Made by a program: the position numbers and the translations under genes
Part shown: one piece after another, positions 52,051 to 64,000 of the stretch
Layout: every line of letters begins with the position of its first letter
How positions within the stretch are numbered: the stretch's first letter is position 1
Source of the DNA: the human T2T-CHM13v2.0 reference genome, Homo sapiens
Assembly (NCBI RefSeq): GCF_009914755.1
Contig: NC_060944.1
Reading direction: 5' to 3' (one strand)
DNA: 64,000 nucleotides
The notes under the pieces: generated by a model
Seen by the model: only the letters and a program-made list of their open reading frames with translations
What the model was told of the DNA's origin: nothing
Databases searched by the model: none

Positions 52051-54239
52051 TAAAAAACATCCTTTCTCTTTTCCATCTATAAACAACACCATTGGGGCCC
52101 TTTGTCATCACCAGCAAACCAGAACACCAAGCCTGGGTCTGTATATGTGAGGCACTCAAAGGGTCTAAGTGATAACAGAAAAGCAGGAAAATCCCTCCCA
52201 TGGACCCCATGGCCTAAGACCCCAGCACTCCGCACAAGTTCACAGCTACGCCGCAGCCGCGGCAGACGGCAAGAGGACCACAATCAGGATAAGGCGGCGG
52301 CCTCTCAAAGCCCTGAATAAGTCTGTGGCCTTAATAGAGATTTTGAATCAAACATTTATTCTTAGGAGTCAGGCCATTCAAGCAAACTTAGCAGCAACAA
52401 GATGAATTTTTCCCCCAGGGGAGGGGACAGATTCAAAGGGTATTTTTTTTTTTTAATCTGCTAGAAAAACCAGTAGAGGCAAGTATCAACCATCACTCAA
52501 GGTCACTCATGAGACTTCCAGGTAAAACATGCAAAGCCCAGGGAGAAGCAGCAGCCTGAGTTTTTACAAGAACGGTACTTAGGCAAGAACACGAAGTCCC
52601 CAGGACAGGGAACCTACCACGGCAGACGCCGTGACACTGGGTGTGAGGATGGGAAGGGGCAAGGACTTCTAGACCTTTCCTCTCACTTTAACTCAGCAGT
52701 GGAGCGGGTGCCTGGGCACCAGTCACGGCAGTGGGAGGAACCGGCTCCAGTTCTCAGGCTGTGGAGCCGTCTAGGCACCGTGCACGAAGTGGGTCTCCAG
52801 GGCTCTGAGAGGCCGGGCTAAGACCTCTGATGGAGAACAGAGCACTGGAGCTGCACCGCTGTCCCAGAAACACAGGCCACAGGGACAGAGTGGCCCAATT
52901 TCCCTTAATTTAAAAACCCCACGTCAGGGCAGTGTTGGAAAGTTCACTCTGCTAAAATTTAATTCAGTGTTTGTAAATAGTACATCGTCTGACAATAACA
53001 ACTGTGTACCCCCCACGGCATTTCCTCTAAATCCTTGGAGCAGTTTCACCGTTCACAGGGTTTACCTCCTGACCTCTGTGACCACCAGGGGCTGGGGAGG
53101 GACGGAGGGCGCAGGGCACTGGGTCAGCCTGGCCCTGGTGGAACTGACCTGGGGGCCCTTAGGTAACAGTCCACCCAACCCGAACATCCGAAACAGGAGT
53201 GGAACTCAGGTCTGAGCACAGAACGACTCATCCTCACACAAAACAGCTAAACCCGAACAGAAATCACCTCATCTAAGCAAAAGAAAACTCTCACGTTCAG
53301 GATAATGCTGTCAGTGAGAGGCTTAATTAAATGCTTGTCCCCAGGCTGGCCTGAAGGCAAGGCGGAATTTTGGATTTCTAAACACCTCAAAGTGAGTGCA
53401 TTCCACGCCCCAAGGAGAAATCTGACAGTAACTCCCCAGCCCTCTTCCTTCAGTTACGGAGAAGATGTCTAGCTTTTTAGGGGACACAGTAAGTTCCCAC
53501 CTAAATTTGCAGTAACTTGTGCCCAAGTACTCCCCTCACTCCTCAGTCCTTTCTGCAGTGGTAACCAGGCTGAGGTGCCCAAAAGTGCCAGTTGGAAACA
53601 CGTAAAACACACCGAGCAGAAAGGTTCTACTCTGATAAATACTGTCGCTTGCTTCATTATTCATGTGAAAAACCCCTTCTATACATTTCCTTTTGATGAA
53701 CAAACTATTTTCCACTCTTGTAGAGTGAAATAGTGCCTTGCAGAGGCAGCGTGAGTGCCAGCAGCAGAGATGTATCCAGTCTGTTACCCAAACGGGAAGT
53801 TAGCTCTGATAATAGAGCCAATATGAAAGATTCTACAATCGATACAATTAAAATGCCCGTGAGTTCTCGGCGCACAGGTGTCTGCGCCCAGGCCGTGCGC
53901 TAAACACGTTTCTAATTAGCATTTCTTTAAACAATGCTGATCACAATCTTGCCACCGTAATCCACTCCAAATGCATCGTTGAGATTGCAGCACGGAAAGC
54001 GAGAGAGGAAATTCGCTGCGAATCTCAAACTTTCTTTTGTTTATATTTCTTCGCTGTCAGAAAATATCCGTTCTTCGCCCCATCTGGTCTGTACCCTGGC
54101 TCCTCGGTCCAGCCCTATTGTGTGTGCTTCGTTAAACCTACAAACAGTGAATCTGTCAGCGGGGCCAGGGGAACCCCAACTAGCAGGAGCCCTCCCTCTG
54201 GCGCAGAGAATTCCCCGTTTGCCTTAGGGATTGAGTTGT

Positions 54240-56700
54240 CAGACACCGGCTCGCGCTCCCCCGCGAAACTGACATGTCTATTTACAGAGAAACAAAGACG
54301 CGGCTCGCAGCGGACCCCGCTTCCTCCGCGCGCCCCGTCCGCCCCGCGCGCCCCGAGCCCTCCGCGCCCCGAGCCGCCCCGCCCCGAGGCCCCTGCGCCC
54401 CGGTTCGGCCGGCGATTAAGATGGAGACCAGGCCGGCGCCCGGCGTCCGGGGAGACAATGACCCCCCGGCCTCAGGGCGCCGGGACCCGCCCGCGCCCAC
54501 CTCCCGCAGTTCCGACTCTTGGCAAACTCGGCGCGGGCGGCTCCGGGTGCGGCTGGGCTGTGCCGGCGGGGGGCGCGGGCGGGGGGCGCCAAGACGCCCC
54601 CGGGCTGCCTCGGGGCCAGGCGTTGACGCAGCAGAAATTACCAGCTGGAAAATTCCCCTCTCGGAGGTGCCGGGGAGGGAGCGCGGCGGCGGCGGGAGGT
54701 GCCGGGGGCCGAGGGGCCGGGGCAGCCCAGCCGCCTCCGCGCTCAGCCCCGCGGGGAACCCGCGCCGCCCCCGCGCGCCCCGCCCCGCGCCGCCGGCCTG
54801 GGGGGCACCCGCGGGGGCCGGGCCGGGGTCTCCGCCGCCGCCCCCGGAGCCCGCGCCGCAGCTGGGAGCGCCGATGGCCCCCGGGAGGGCGCCCCCGCGG
54901 GGCGGGGCGTGGCGGGGCGGCCGGCGGCGGGGGCGCGCCCGGGCTCGCAGCGGCCCCGGCTCCCGGCTCCCGGCTCCGGGCCCGGCCCCCGCCGCGATGC
55001 GCCCGCCCGGCCGCGCGGACAATGAGCCGGCGCCGCTTACCTGTGACCCCATGGGGCGCGGGCGAGGGCGGGCGCCGCGGCCGCCGGGCCGGCGCCGGTG
55101 ATCGCCGCCGCCGCCGGGAGGGCGCTGCGTCCGGGCGGGTCCGAGCTGCGCGCTCGCCGGGGCTGCTCGGTCCGTCCGTCCGTCCGTCGGTCCGTCAGGC
55201 CGACGCGCGCCCCCGCGCCCGCTCCAACCCCGCGGCCCCCGCCGCCCGCGCGCGCGCGCGCCCCGCCCGCGGACCCTGACCCCGCCCCCCGGCGCGCGCC
55301 CGGCCGCCGCTGATTGGCCCGCGCCGCGCCCCGGCCGCGGCCACCGCCCCGGGCCCCGCCCACGCCGGCCCGGCCGCCGGCCCCGCCCCTCGCTCGGCTC
55401 CCGGCGCCGCGCCGCGGGGTCGCAGGGGGCCGCGCCGGGGGTCCGTTCTCCCCCCCGCGGGCAGCCGGACAGCGGAAGTGCGGGCTGGAGCTCGCTGGGC
55501 ATTGTGGGAAGCCCCCTCCCCTGGGCTGGCGGGGGGCTGGGGCGGCGCGGCGCGGGGGTCCCCCTGGCCCCCGCTGCGCCCTTGCCCCGCGAGCGCGGAG
55601 CAGCCTGGAAACACCCCACGGGAGCGGCGACCCCGGCGAGGGCACCCGCTCCCTTCCCGGGCCGCGCACCGGGCGCTGCCCACGCGCAGGTTCCTCGGGG
55701 GCGCGCGGGTGCCCAGGTCACCGGCCGTCCCCGCGCCTGACGCGCGGTTGCACTGCGCGCGTCTCGCAAACTTGGCGACTCCCCCAGCCCGGCCGGGCAT
55801 CAACGCGGGCCGCTCGCGGTGCGGAAAAGGCGCCCCCAAGGAAGGCCGCCCGGGGTGCGGGGTCTGGAAGGGCCTGGGCACCGCGCGCGCCTACCCTCGG
55901 GGGCCTCGGCGCACCCGGAGATCGGCGCACCTCGGGCGCGGGCCTCGTGGGGGTGCCCGCCAGTGGGGCTCGCTTTTGGCTGACTAGGGGCACCGGCGGC
56001 CGCGCGTGGGTCCCTCCCGTCGTGTTGTCTGCGGGGGACGAATGGCTCCGGGAGGGGGCGGGAACCAGCGGCCCGGGCCTCGCCCCAGCCCGTGTGCAGC
56101 CCCGATCGGAACGGCCTGGGACGCGTCTCCACCACTCGGCGCCCGGACTCTGCGCGTCGCTTCTCGCCTCCGCCGTCCTCAGCTCTCGGGCGGGTAGAGT
56201 GGGAAGCGCGGCCCCGCATTCCTGGCCGGCCTGCGCAGGGGTAAAGGCCACCTCGCTTCCTCTCCCCGGGCGCGGCGGGAAGGGAGGTGAGCCTGTGGCC
56301 GGCAGCCGCGCGAGGGAGTCGAGCCCGGCCCGGCCAACCAATGGGGAGGCGCCCGGGCCGTCCAGCCTGCCTCCCTGCGGGCCCAGCGCAGCGGATTCCT
56401 CGGGAGGTGGGAGGCGGCGGCCCTATGGGTGCTTTCAAATCTGGATGTGTCAGGCGCATTCAGGAGCGGCAGTGGGAGGCGGCTGAGGGCTCTCCATGAG
56501 TGAGCAAAGGCGAAGCGAGGTGTGGCTGCCGGGACCAACGCCTGGGACACTCCCTTACTGCCGTCGCGGGCGCCTGGAAATGGCTGTGCGGACACCCCGT
56601 TCCCATCCCCTCGCCAAGGTCGCCGGGATGGCACTGCGGCCCAGGAAGCCCCGTCGCCGGCCTACCTCGCGCGGCACCCTCTCGGTGGCACTGCCTGCTC
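54240..56700. promoter_or_regulatory. ZBTB46: CpG island / ZBTB46 promoter
   Basis: Extremely GC- and CpG-rich, repeat-free. NF-Y box (minus GGCCAATCAG, about 55310-55319), several GC boxes at 55260-55390, a GCGC run at about 55246-55261, ETS CGGAAGTG at 55473-55480, and TGTGGGAA at 55503-55510. Confidence 0.93.
55041..55250 (-). other. ZBTB46: ZBTB46 non-coding exon 1 (5' end approximate)
   Basis: Near-consensus donor CAG|GTAAGC at 55041/55040 inside the CpG island, just downstream of CCAAT and GC boxes oriented for minus-strand transcription. Confidence 0.8.
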
Positions 56701-57255
56701 TGGTCTGAAACTGTAGCCCCAGCCTCACCGACCTTCGGGAAGTGGGGGCTGAGCACAACCACCCTGAGAAGAGGCGGCTTCCAGGAGGGTCTGGCGGGTC
56801 ACGTGCATCCCCCTTGGAGAAAACAGCACTGCCTGCAGGAGCCCCCACCTGCCCACCCAGAGCCCAGTTGTACCCCACGGAGGAAAGGAGGCCTGGGGAG
56901 ACAGGAGAGCTCGGGCCCACCGAGCCAAAGCAAGGAGGACCAGAGCCCTGATGCCTGCCCCAAGGGCCTCCCGCAGAGCCTGCCCATGCTCTCTTGCGCA
57001 AAAGAGAACCCCAGTCTCTCCCAAGATGTCTGGACCTCCCTAGACAGCCTCCAAGGAGAGCAGTGTTGATGGTTTGCCATGTCCGTTGTCCATGCAGGGA
57101 TGGAGAGCAGCAGCAGCTGCCTGGCGGAACACACAGTGGCACTCAGTCATCGCTTAGGAGGCCTGCCCATAAGAACCAAACCTTGATCTCACCACGACCC
57201 AGGCCAACCCCACCTGCCAGGTTAGGGCTGCCTGTCTTGGTAGAAACTTGCTGAG

Positions 57256-57605
<350 letters not shown>

Positions 57606-59812
57606 TCACCTGGGAGCCCCACTCCTCCCCGCTTCCCCCTCGGCAACACTGCCAGTGACGGGACAGAGACTCCTGACTTTTCTGCTCCAAGAACCAACAG
57701 AAGGTCAAGCAGCCTGGAGACGAAGACAGTATGTCAAAAAGGAAGAACCAAGACCGGTCTCAGAGACAGCGCCCTGATTAAGTCCTACAGACCGTTATTC
57801 CAAGAGCTGATAAACCCCATTACTATTTAAAAGAAAAACAAACAAAAACCAGCAGCAGCAGCTGCAGCCTCTCAGCCGAACTGGGAGGACGAGGAGGGTG
57901 GAGTAGTTGGACTCCTACAGCCACGTGGAGTGTCTGCTCCGACGGGCATGCTGGCCCCGTGGCCCAGGAACCTCAGGTTTGTTGGAGCCCAGCATCTACT
58001 GAGCTGCTGCTGGGATTAGACATGAGACGGGGGGATGCCAGGCTGGGCCGCGGTGCCCCCTCTTCCTAGGGCCCCGGGACACTTGTGCAGGTGACGCACA
58101 CCAGGCCTGGGGGCCACAGATGCAAGGAGGGATCTGCCGCCTGACAGCCGGCTGGGAGGCAGCTCTGGGAACAGAGAATGTGAAGTGTGGCCTCAGCAGC
58201 ATTGGGATCAGGGCTGGGAGGCCAGCACATGGGTGTCTGGGAGGGTCCAGAGGGTAGGGCCCCTGAGGGTGACATGATGAACTGGACATGGTCCCTGACC
58301 TCGCCAAGTGGGTGAACAAGACAGGTGAACAAAAGGTCAGGTCTCTGTAGGGCACACTTGTCCACGCTGCATTACGTGGTCATTCCTGAAAGTCACCCCC
58401 AGCCATCTGGGTGAGCACGTTGGGAGCCTGTCCAAGGGACCCTGAGGCCTATGAGGGATGAGCGGCAGCAGGCCAGGAGTTCTGGAGGACGGGGGGCTCA
58501 GGGCAAGGTGCAGAGGCTGGGCAGCCCCACGGATGTACCTGCTGAGGGACGTGCCCCCCACAAACCCCTGGGAAAACTCAACCAGAGACACAAATGGAGA
58601 GCCATCTGGCTGGCAGGGCCCCCCGAGGGTCCTGGCACAGCCTCGCGCTTATGGCCTCTCCGCAGACCTGTGTTCACAGACTCCCTGCACCACTTACCCT
58701 GCCAGCCGGCCACCTGCCCTCCACCCTCACTGTGTGGCTTCTAGGGGATGGGGATCTGGGAGGGGACCCAGCCCCATTCCAGGTGCTCTGACACCACCAA
58801 GAGAGTAGGGATCTGCCTCTCATCCTCAGGAAGGATGGCCTGGGAGGAGCTTTGGGAAAGAAAATTCCCGAGGAACAAGATACCCCTTCCTGTCTGTGTC
58901 CCCACCCCCCCCAAGCAGCTCCCCAACCTCGCCAGGGCCTTTACTGCCACCCCCTCTTCTCCCAAGGAGGCATTTCCTTGTCCACCCCCAGCTGGGATTT
59001 CTGTGGTTGTCTTTGTCTCAGTCACTGGTCAGGGAACCTGCCTGTTTATTCACCAGCCAGTGGTGTTGCTCAGTCGTCCCCATGGCAACAGCCCTGGGAG
59101 TCCTGCCCCCTCCCAGGGAACTGCCCAGAACCTGTCCCTGCCCTCTCCAGGCCTCTGCTGGGAGCCCAGACAGAGGGAGAGGCAGAGGGCAGGGCGGGGA
59201 GAGAGGCCCGCCACCAGCCTGAGGATGCTGGGGCTGTCCAGGGAGCCGCCCACCACACGTCATCCTGGGTCCTGCGGGTGGACTGGAGGCCGGCCGTGGG
59301 CTGCAGGAGAGCCCCACCCACGGGCTGGGGGAGGTGGCCTTGTCGAGGCTGGATAGAGGTGGGCCTCCTCTCGGGCTTGGCTTGGCCAGGTCCAGTGCCA
59401 GCTGGCCCTGCCCTCCCACCCAGGCCTCCCCAGGACCACCCTCCAGAGCTGCTCTGGGGCCAGGGGCTACCTGCCAACCCCACGGCTGCCCCACCCCAAC
59501 TGTCCTCCGGGCCTGCGCCCCTGCCAAGCCCCAACTGCCGCTCCAGCTGCCACAGCCAACTGTCGACCGGTCTCCATTCCAAGCGCCTGCTCACCCCCAA
59601 TCGTCCTTCCAAAATGCTGCTGCCAACTGCCAGCCCCCTCCCTTCCTGAGCCCTGGCTCCCACCACCACTCCAGGCCACCACACCAGGGATCTGCATTCC
59701 AGACCTTCCCTGGGACAGAGGCCAGGCCACACCTGCCGTGTCCCTAATGGGATGGGATGGGGCGGGGGAGGCACTGCACTGAAGGTCTGAGACCTGAGGC
59801 CCCAGCAGACAG

Positions 59813-60397
59813 AAGGCAAGGGGCAGGGAGAGCGCGGGCAGGGCAGGGGAGAGGGCAGGGGCAGGGAGAGCGCGGGCAGGGCAGGGGAGAGGGCAGGGGC
59901 AGGGAGAGCGCGGGCAGGGCAGGGGAGAGGGCAGGGGCAGGGAGAGCGCGGGCAGGGCAGGGGAGAGGGCAGGGGCAGGGAGAGCGTGGGCAGGGCAGGG
60001 GCAGGGGAGAGCGCGGGCAGGGCAGGGGAGAGGGCAGGGGCAGGGAGAGCGCGGGCAGGGCAGGGGAGAGGGCAGGGGCAGGGAGAGCGCGGGCAGGGCA
60101 GGGGAGAGGGCAGGGGCAGGGAGAGCGTGGGCAGGGCAGGGGCAGGGGAGAGCGCGGGCAGGGCAGGGGCGGGGAGAGGGCAGGGGCAGGGGAGAAGGCA
60201 GGGGCAGGGAGAGCGCAGGCCGGGCAGGGGAGAGGGCAGGGGAGAGGGCAGGGGCAGGGAGAGCGAGGGCAGGGGAGGGGGCAGGGAGAGCGCGGGCAGA
60301 GCAGGGGCAGGGAGAGCCCGGGCAGGGCAGGGGAGCGGGCAGGGGCAGGGAGAGCGCGGGCAGGGCAGGGGCAGGGGCAGGGGAGAAGGCAGGGCAG
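59813..60397. repeat. G-rich minisatellite (about 38-bp unit of GGGCAG/GGGGAGA modules)
   Basis: GGGCAGGGCAGGGGAGAGGGCAGGGGCAGGGAGAGCGC repeated, degenerating to the right; the plus strand is almost T-free. Confidence 0.96.
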
Positions 60398-61974
60398 CCC
60401 ATCCTCAGTGCCAGGGGCCACGTCAGGCCCAGCGCAGGGGTGGGAAGGCAACCAGAGCGCAGCTGGAGCAGGCCCTGGGAGCTGCAGGGCGGAGCTGGAC
60501 CTTCCCTCAGAGGGTCTGTGAACAGCTTGGCCTAACCACAGACCCCGGGAGGGTCCTCCCAGCCATGTTGGGGGGAACGGGCCCCTCCCTACCAGCCTTG
60601 CACAGCTCAGGGTGGAACCAGCTCCCAGGCCTCAGCTGTCCCAGGCCATCCTGGACTCCCTCCTGCTTCACCACCTGGCACCCGGGGCCGGCCTGAGTCC
60701 CTTTAAGTTCCAACGTGTGGCTTCTCAGTCCCAGCCCTGGCCTTGCTGCCCCTTCCCTCCTTGGAGCTTTCTCTCTGCATTCATCCCAGTGGTCCCTGAT
60801 CCCCACCTCCAACATAGGACCCCCCTCCATATCCCCCAGCCCGCTAGACGGTATCCCTCAAACACAGCGGGTGCCTGCAAGTTGGCTCACCAGGCCTAGG
60901 GGAGGCACGGCTGCCCTTGCGGGTCAGACCTGGGGCTGTAATTCCATCCCAGGCTCTGGACCAGCCGGTCAGCACCAGGAGGTGATGGGGGCCGGGGCCT
61001 CAGTCCTGGCTGAAGGGACACAGCTGCTCCCCAGGGGCCCCTGGCCTCTGAGGGCTCGCATTGCAGAGGCGGGTGATGGCTCTGCAGATAGCCACTGCAG
61101 GTGAAATGGACACCTGGCTCTCCCTGGTGTCCCCTCCAGGAGCTGTCACTGGGCAGTCCGCCTTCCAGGATGGGACATAGTGGAGCAGGCACGGGGGGCC
61201 ATGTCAGCCTGTCAGTCGGGCTGGCCCTGGAGGAAGGTTTGCACCTATGGTGTACCAGGAATCTCCCTACTTGGGGAACAGTGAGGGGAAGGACTCTCCA
61301 GGGTCACCTGGTCCCACCTCCGGTGCTGGGGCCTGGGAAGGAGAGAGAAGGGAGGTGGCTGTGGCCCGTCCCCTTCCACCAGAGGGGGGCTGCTGGGGTT
61401 CCCTTGGTGGATATGGAGAGGCCCCAGCCCTGCACAAGGCCAGCCTGTTGCCTCAGCCTCATTCACTCACTCACTCACTTGCAGGGTAGCATTCACGGAT
61501 CATGGCACCTACCGCGTGCCAGGACGTGCTAGGTCTGGAGAGCCAGAAAAAACCCCTTGTATTGCAAGAGTGGAGAGTCGGTGACAGGTCAGCAAATTCA
61601 TAAACGAGCTCTTCTGAGATAAAAAGGAACTGGGAATGGGCCCCTTGGGGACATGGCTGGTGCTGGGGCAGAGCAGGAAAAGGCAAGCTGAGCTCCTGGC
61701 CATGGTGGGATGACAGGGGGCAGGAGGGCCAGAGAGGAGAACAGCAGAATCATATAGTGCTGGCTTATGACCCCAAGCTGGAGCGCGTGCTGATATAAAA
61801 AATAAGAACAATTAAATGCAAGAAAGACACCAACCTCCCCTACAAAAGAATTCCCAGTAATACCTGTAGGTTCCGAGAGCAGAGATTACCCCTATGCACA
61901 CACCATGAGTGAGGACTGGGTCTAGGGACTCCTTTCCAAAGAGCGGAGTCAAGACAGGCAAAGAGGAACTTGGC

Positions 61975-63270
<1,296 letters not shown>

Positions 63271-63589
63271 AGGGGAAAAAATGCAAAACCAAACAATCAA
63301 AGAAAACCACCTTCTTTTGACCCTGGTGCTGGGAGTTAAGCAGCCTCTCCAGGCCTGTCTCAGGCAAGATGCTCATTTTTGGTTTTAGAATTCGGGGGTT
63401 CAGGGTGCTCCTGGCTCTGCCCAGCTTGGAAGCACACACAGGCCACAGGGACCACAGAACCTCCAAGCTGAGTCAGGGTACGCCCCGTGGAAGGACGGTT
63501 GGTCCCCGCGTTCACACCTGCGTGTTACGAACTGTGAGCCCTCACACTGCGGAGGAGACCTACCAGAACGCCGTCCTGAGAGACTTTGA

Positions 63590-64000
<411 letters not shown>

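Noticed and set aside
55041-55052. uORF peptide MGSQSL as an N-myristoylation signal
   Set aside because: Position 6 is Leu rather than Ser/Thr, and an in-frame stop follows.
54122-56486. Long ORFs (385, 495, 390 aa) over the CpG island
   Set aside because: Stop-codon scarcity in very GC-rich DNA; Arg/Gly/Pro/Ala-dominated composition, and no recognisable domain.

Overview
Human genomic DNA: Alu-saturated, GC-rich, and carrying a human-specific AluYb8. It covers the 5' half of ZBTB46 (BTB/POZ zinc-finger gene, chr20q13.33) on the minus strand. The CpG-island promoter and non-coding exon 1 lie at about 55.0-55.3 kb, followed by a ~40.5 kb intron 1. The first coding exon (14510-13541) encodes residues 1-312 including the BTB domain, and part of intron 2 follows; the zinc-finger exons lie to the left of the window. 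The rest is about 50+ Alus, old L1/MaLR/DNA-transposon fossils, a solo LTR12 with a 4-bp TSD, a truncated L1PA nested in an Alu, and an unusually rich set of minisatellites. I see no evidence of a wholly new gene system, and almost all other ORFs in the track are Alu-, repeat- or GC-derived noise. The best leads are regulatory and all remain hypotheses: (i) a splice-created, in-frame uORF ahead of a weak main start codon; (ii) two routes to BTB-only ZBTB46 products, an Alu-flanked exon-2 circle whose ORF stays open across the back-splice junction and an intronic poly(A) signal; (iii) tandem repeats acting as multiplied transcription-factor motif arrays (about 58 CAGGTG E-boxes; 6x RBPJ/ETS next to a perfect AICE). 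Motif and copy counts were made by eye.
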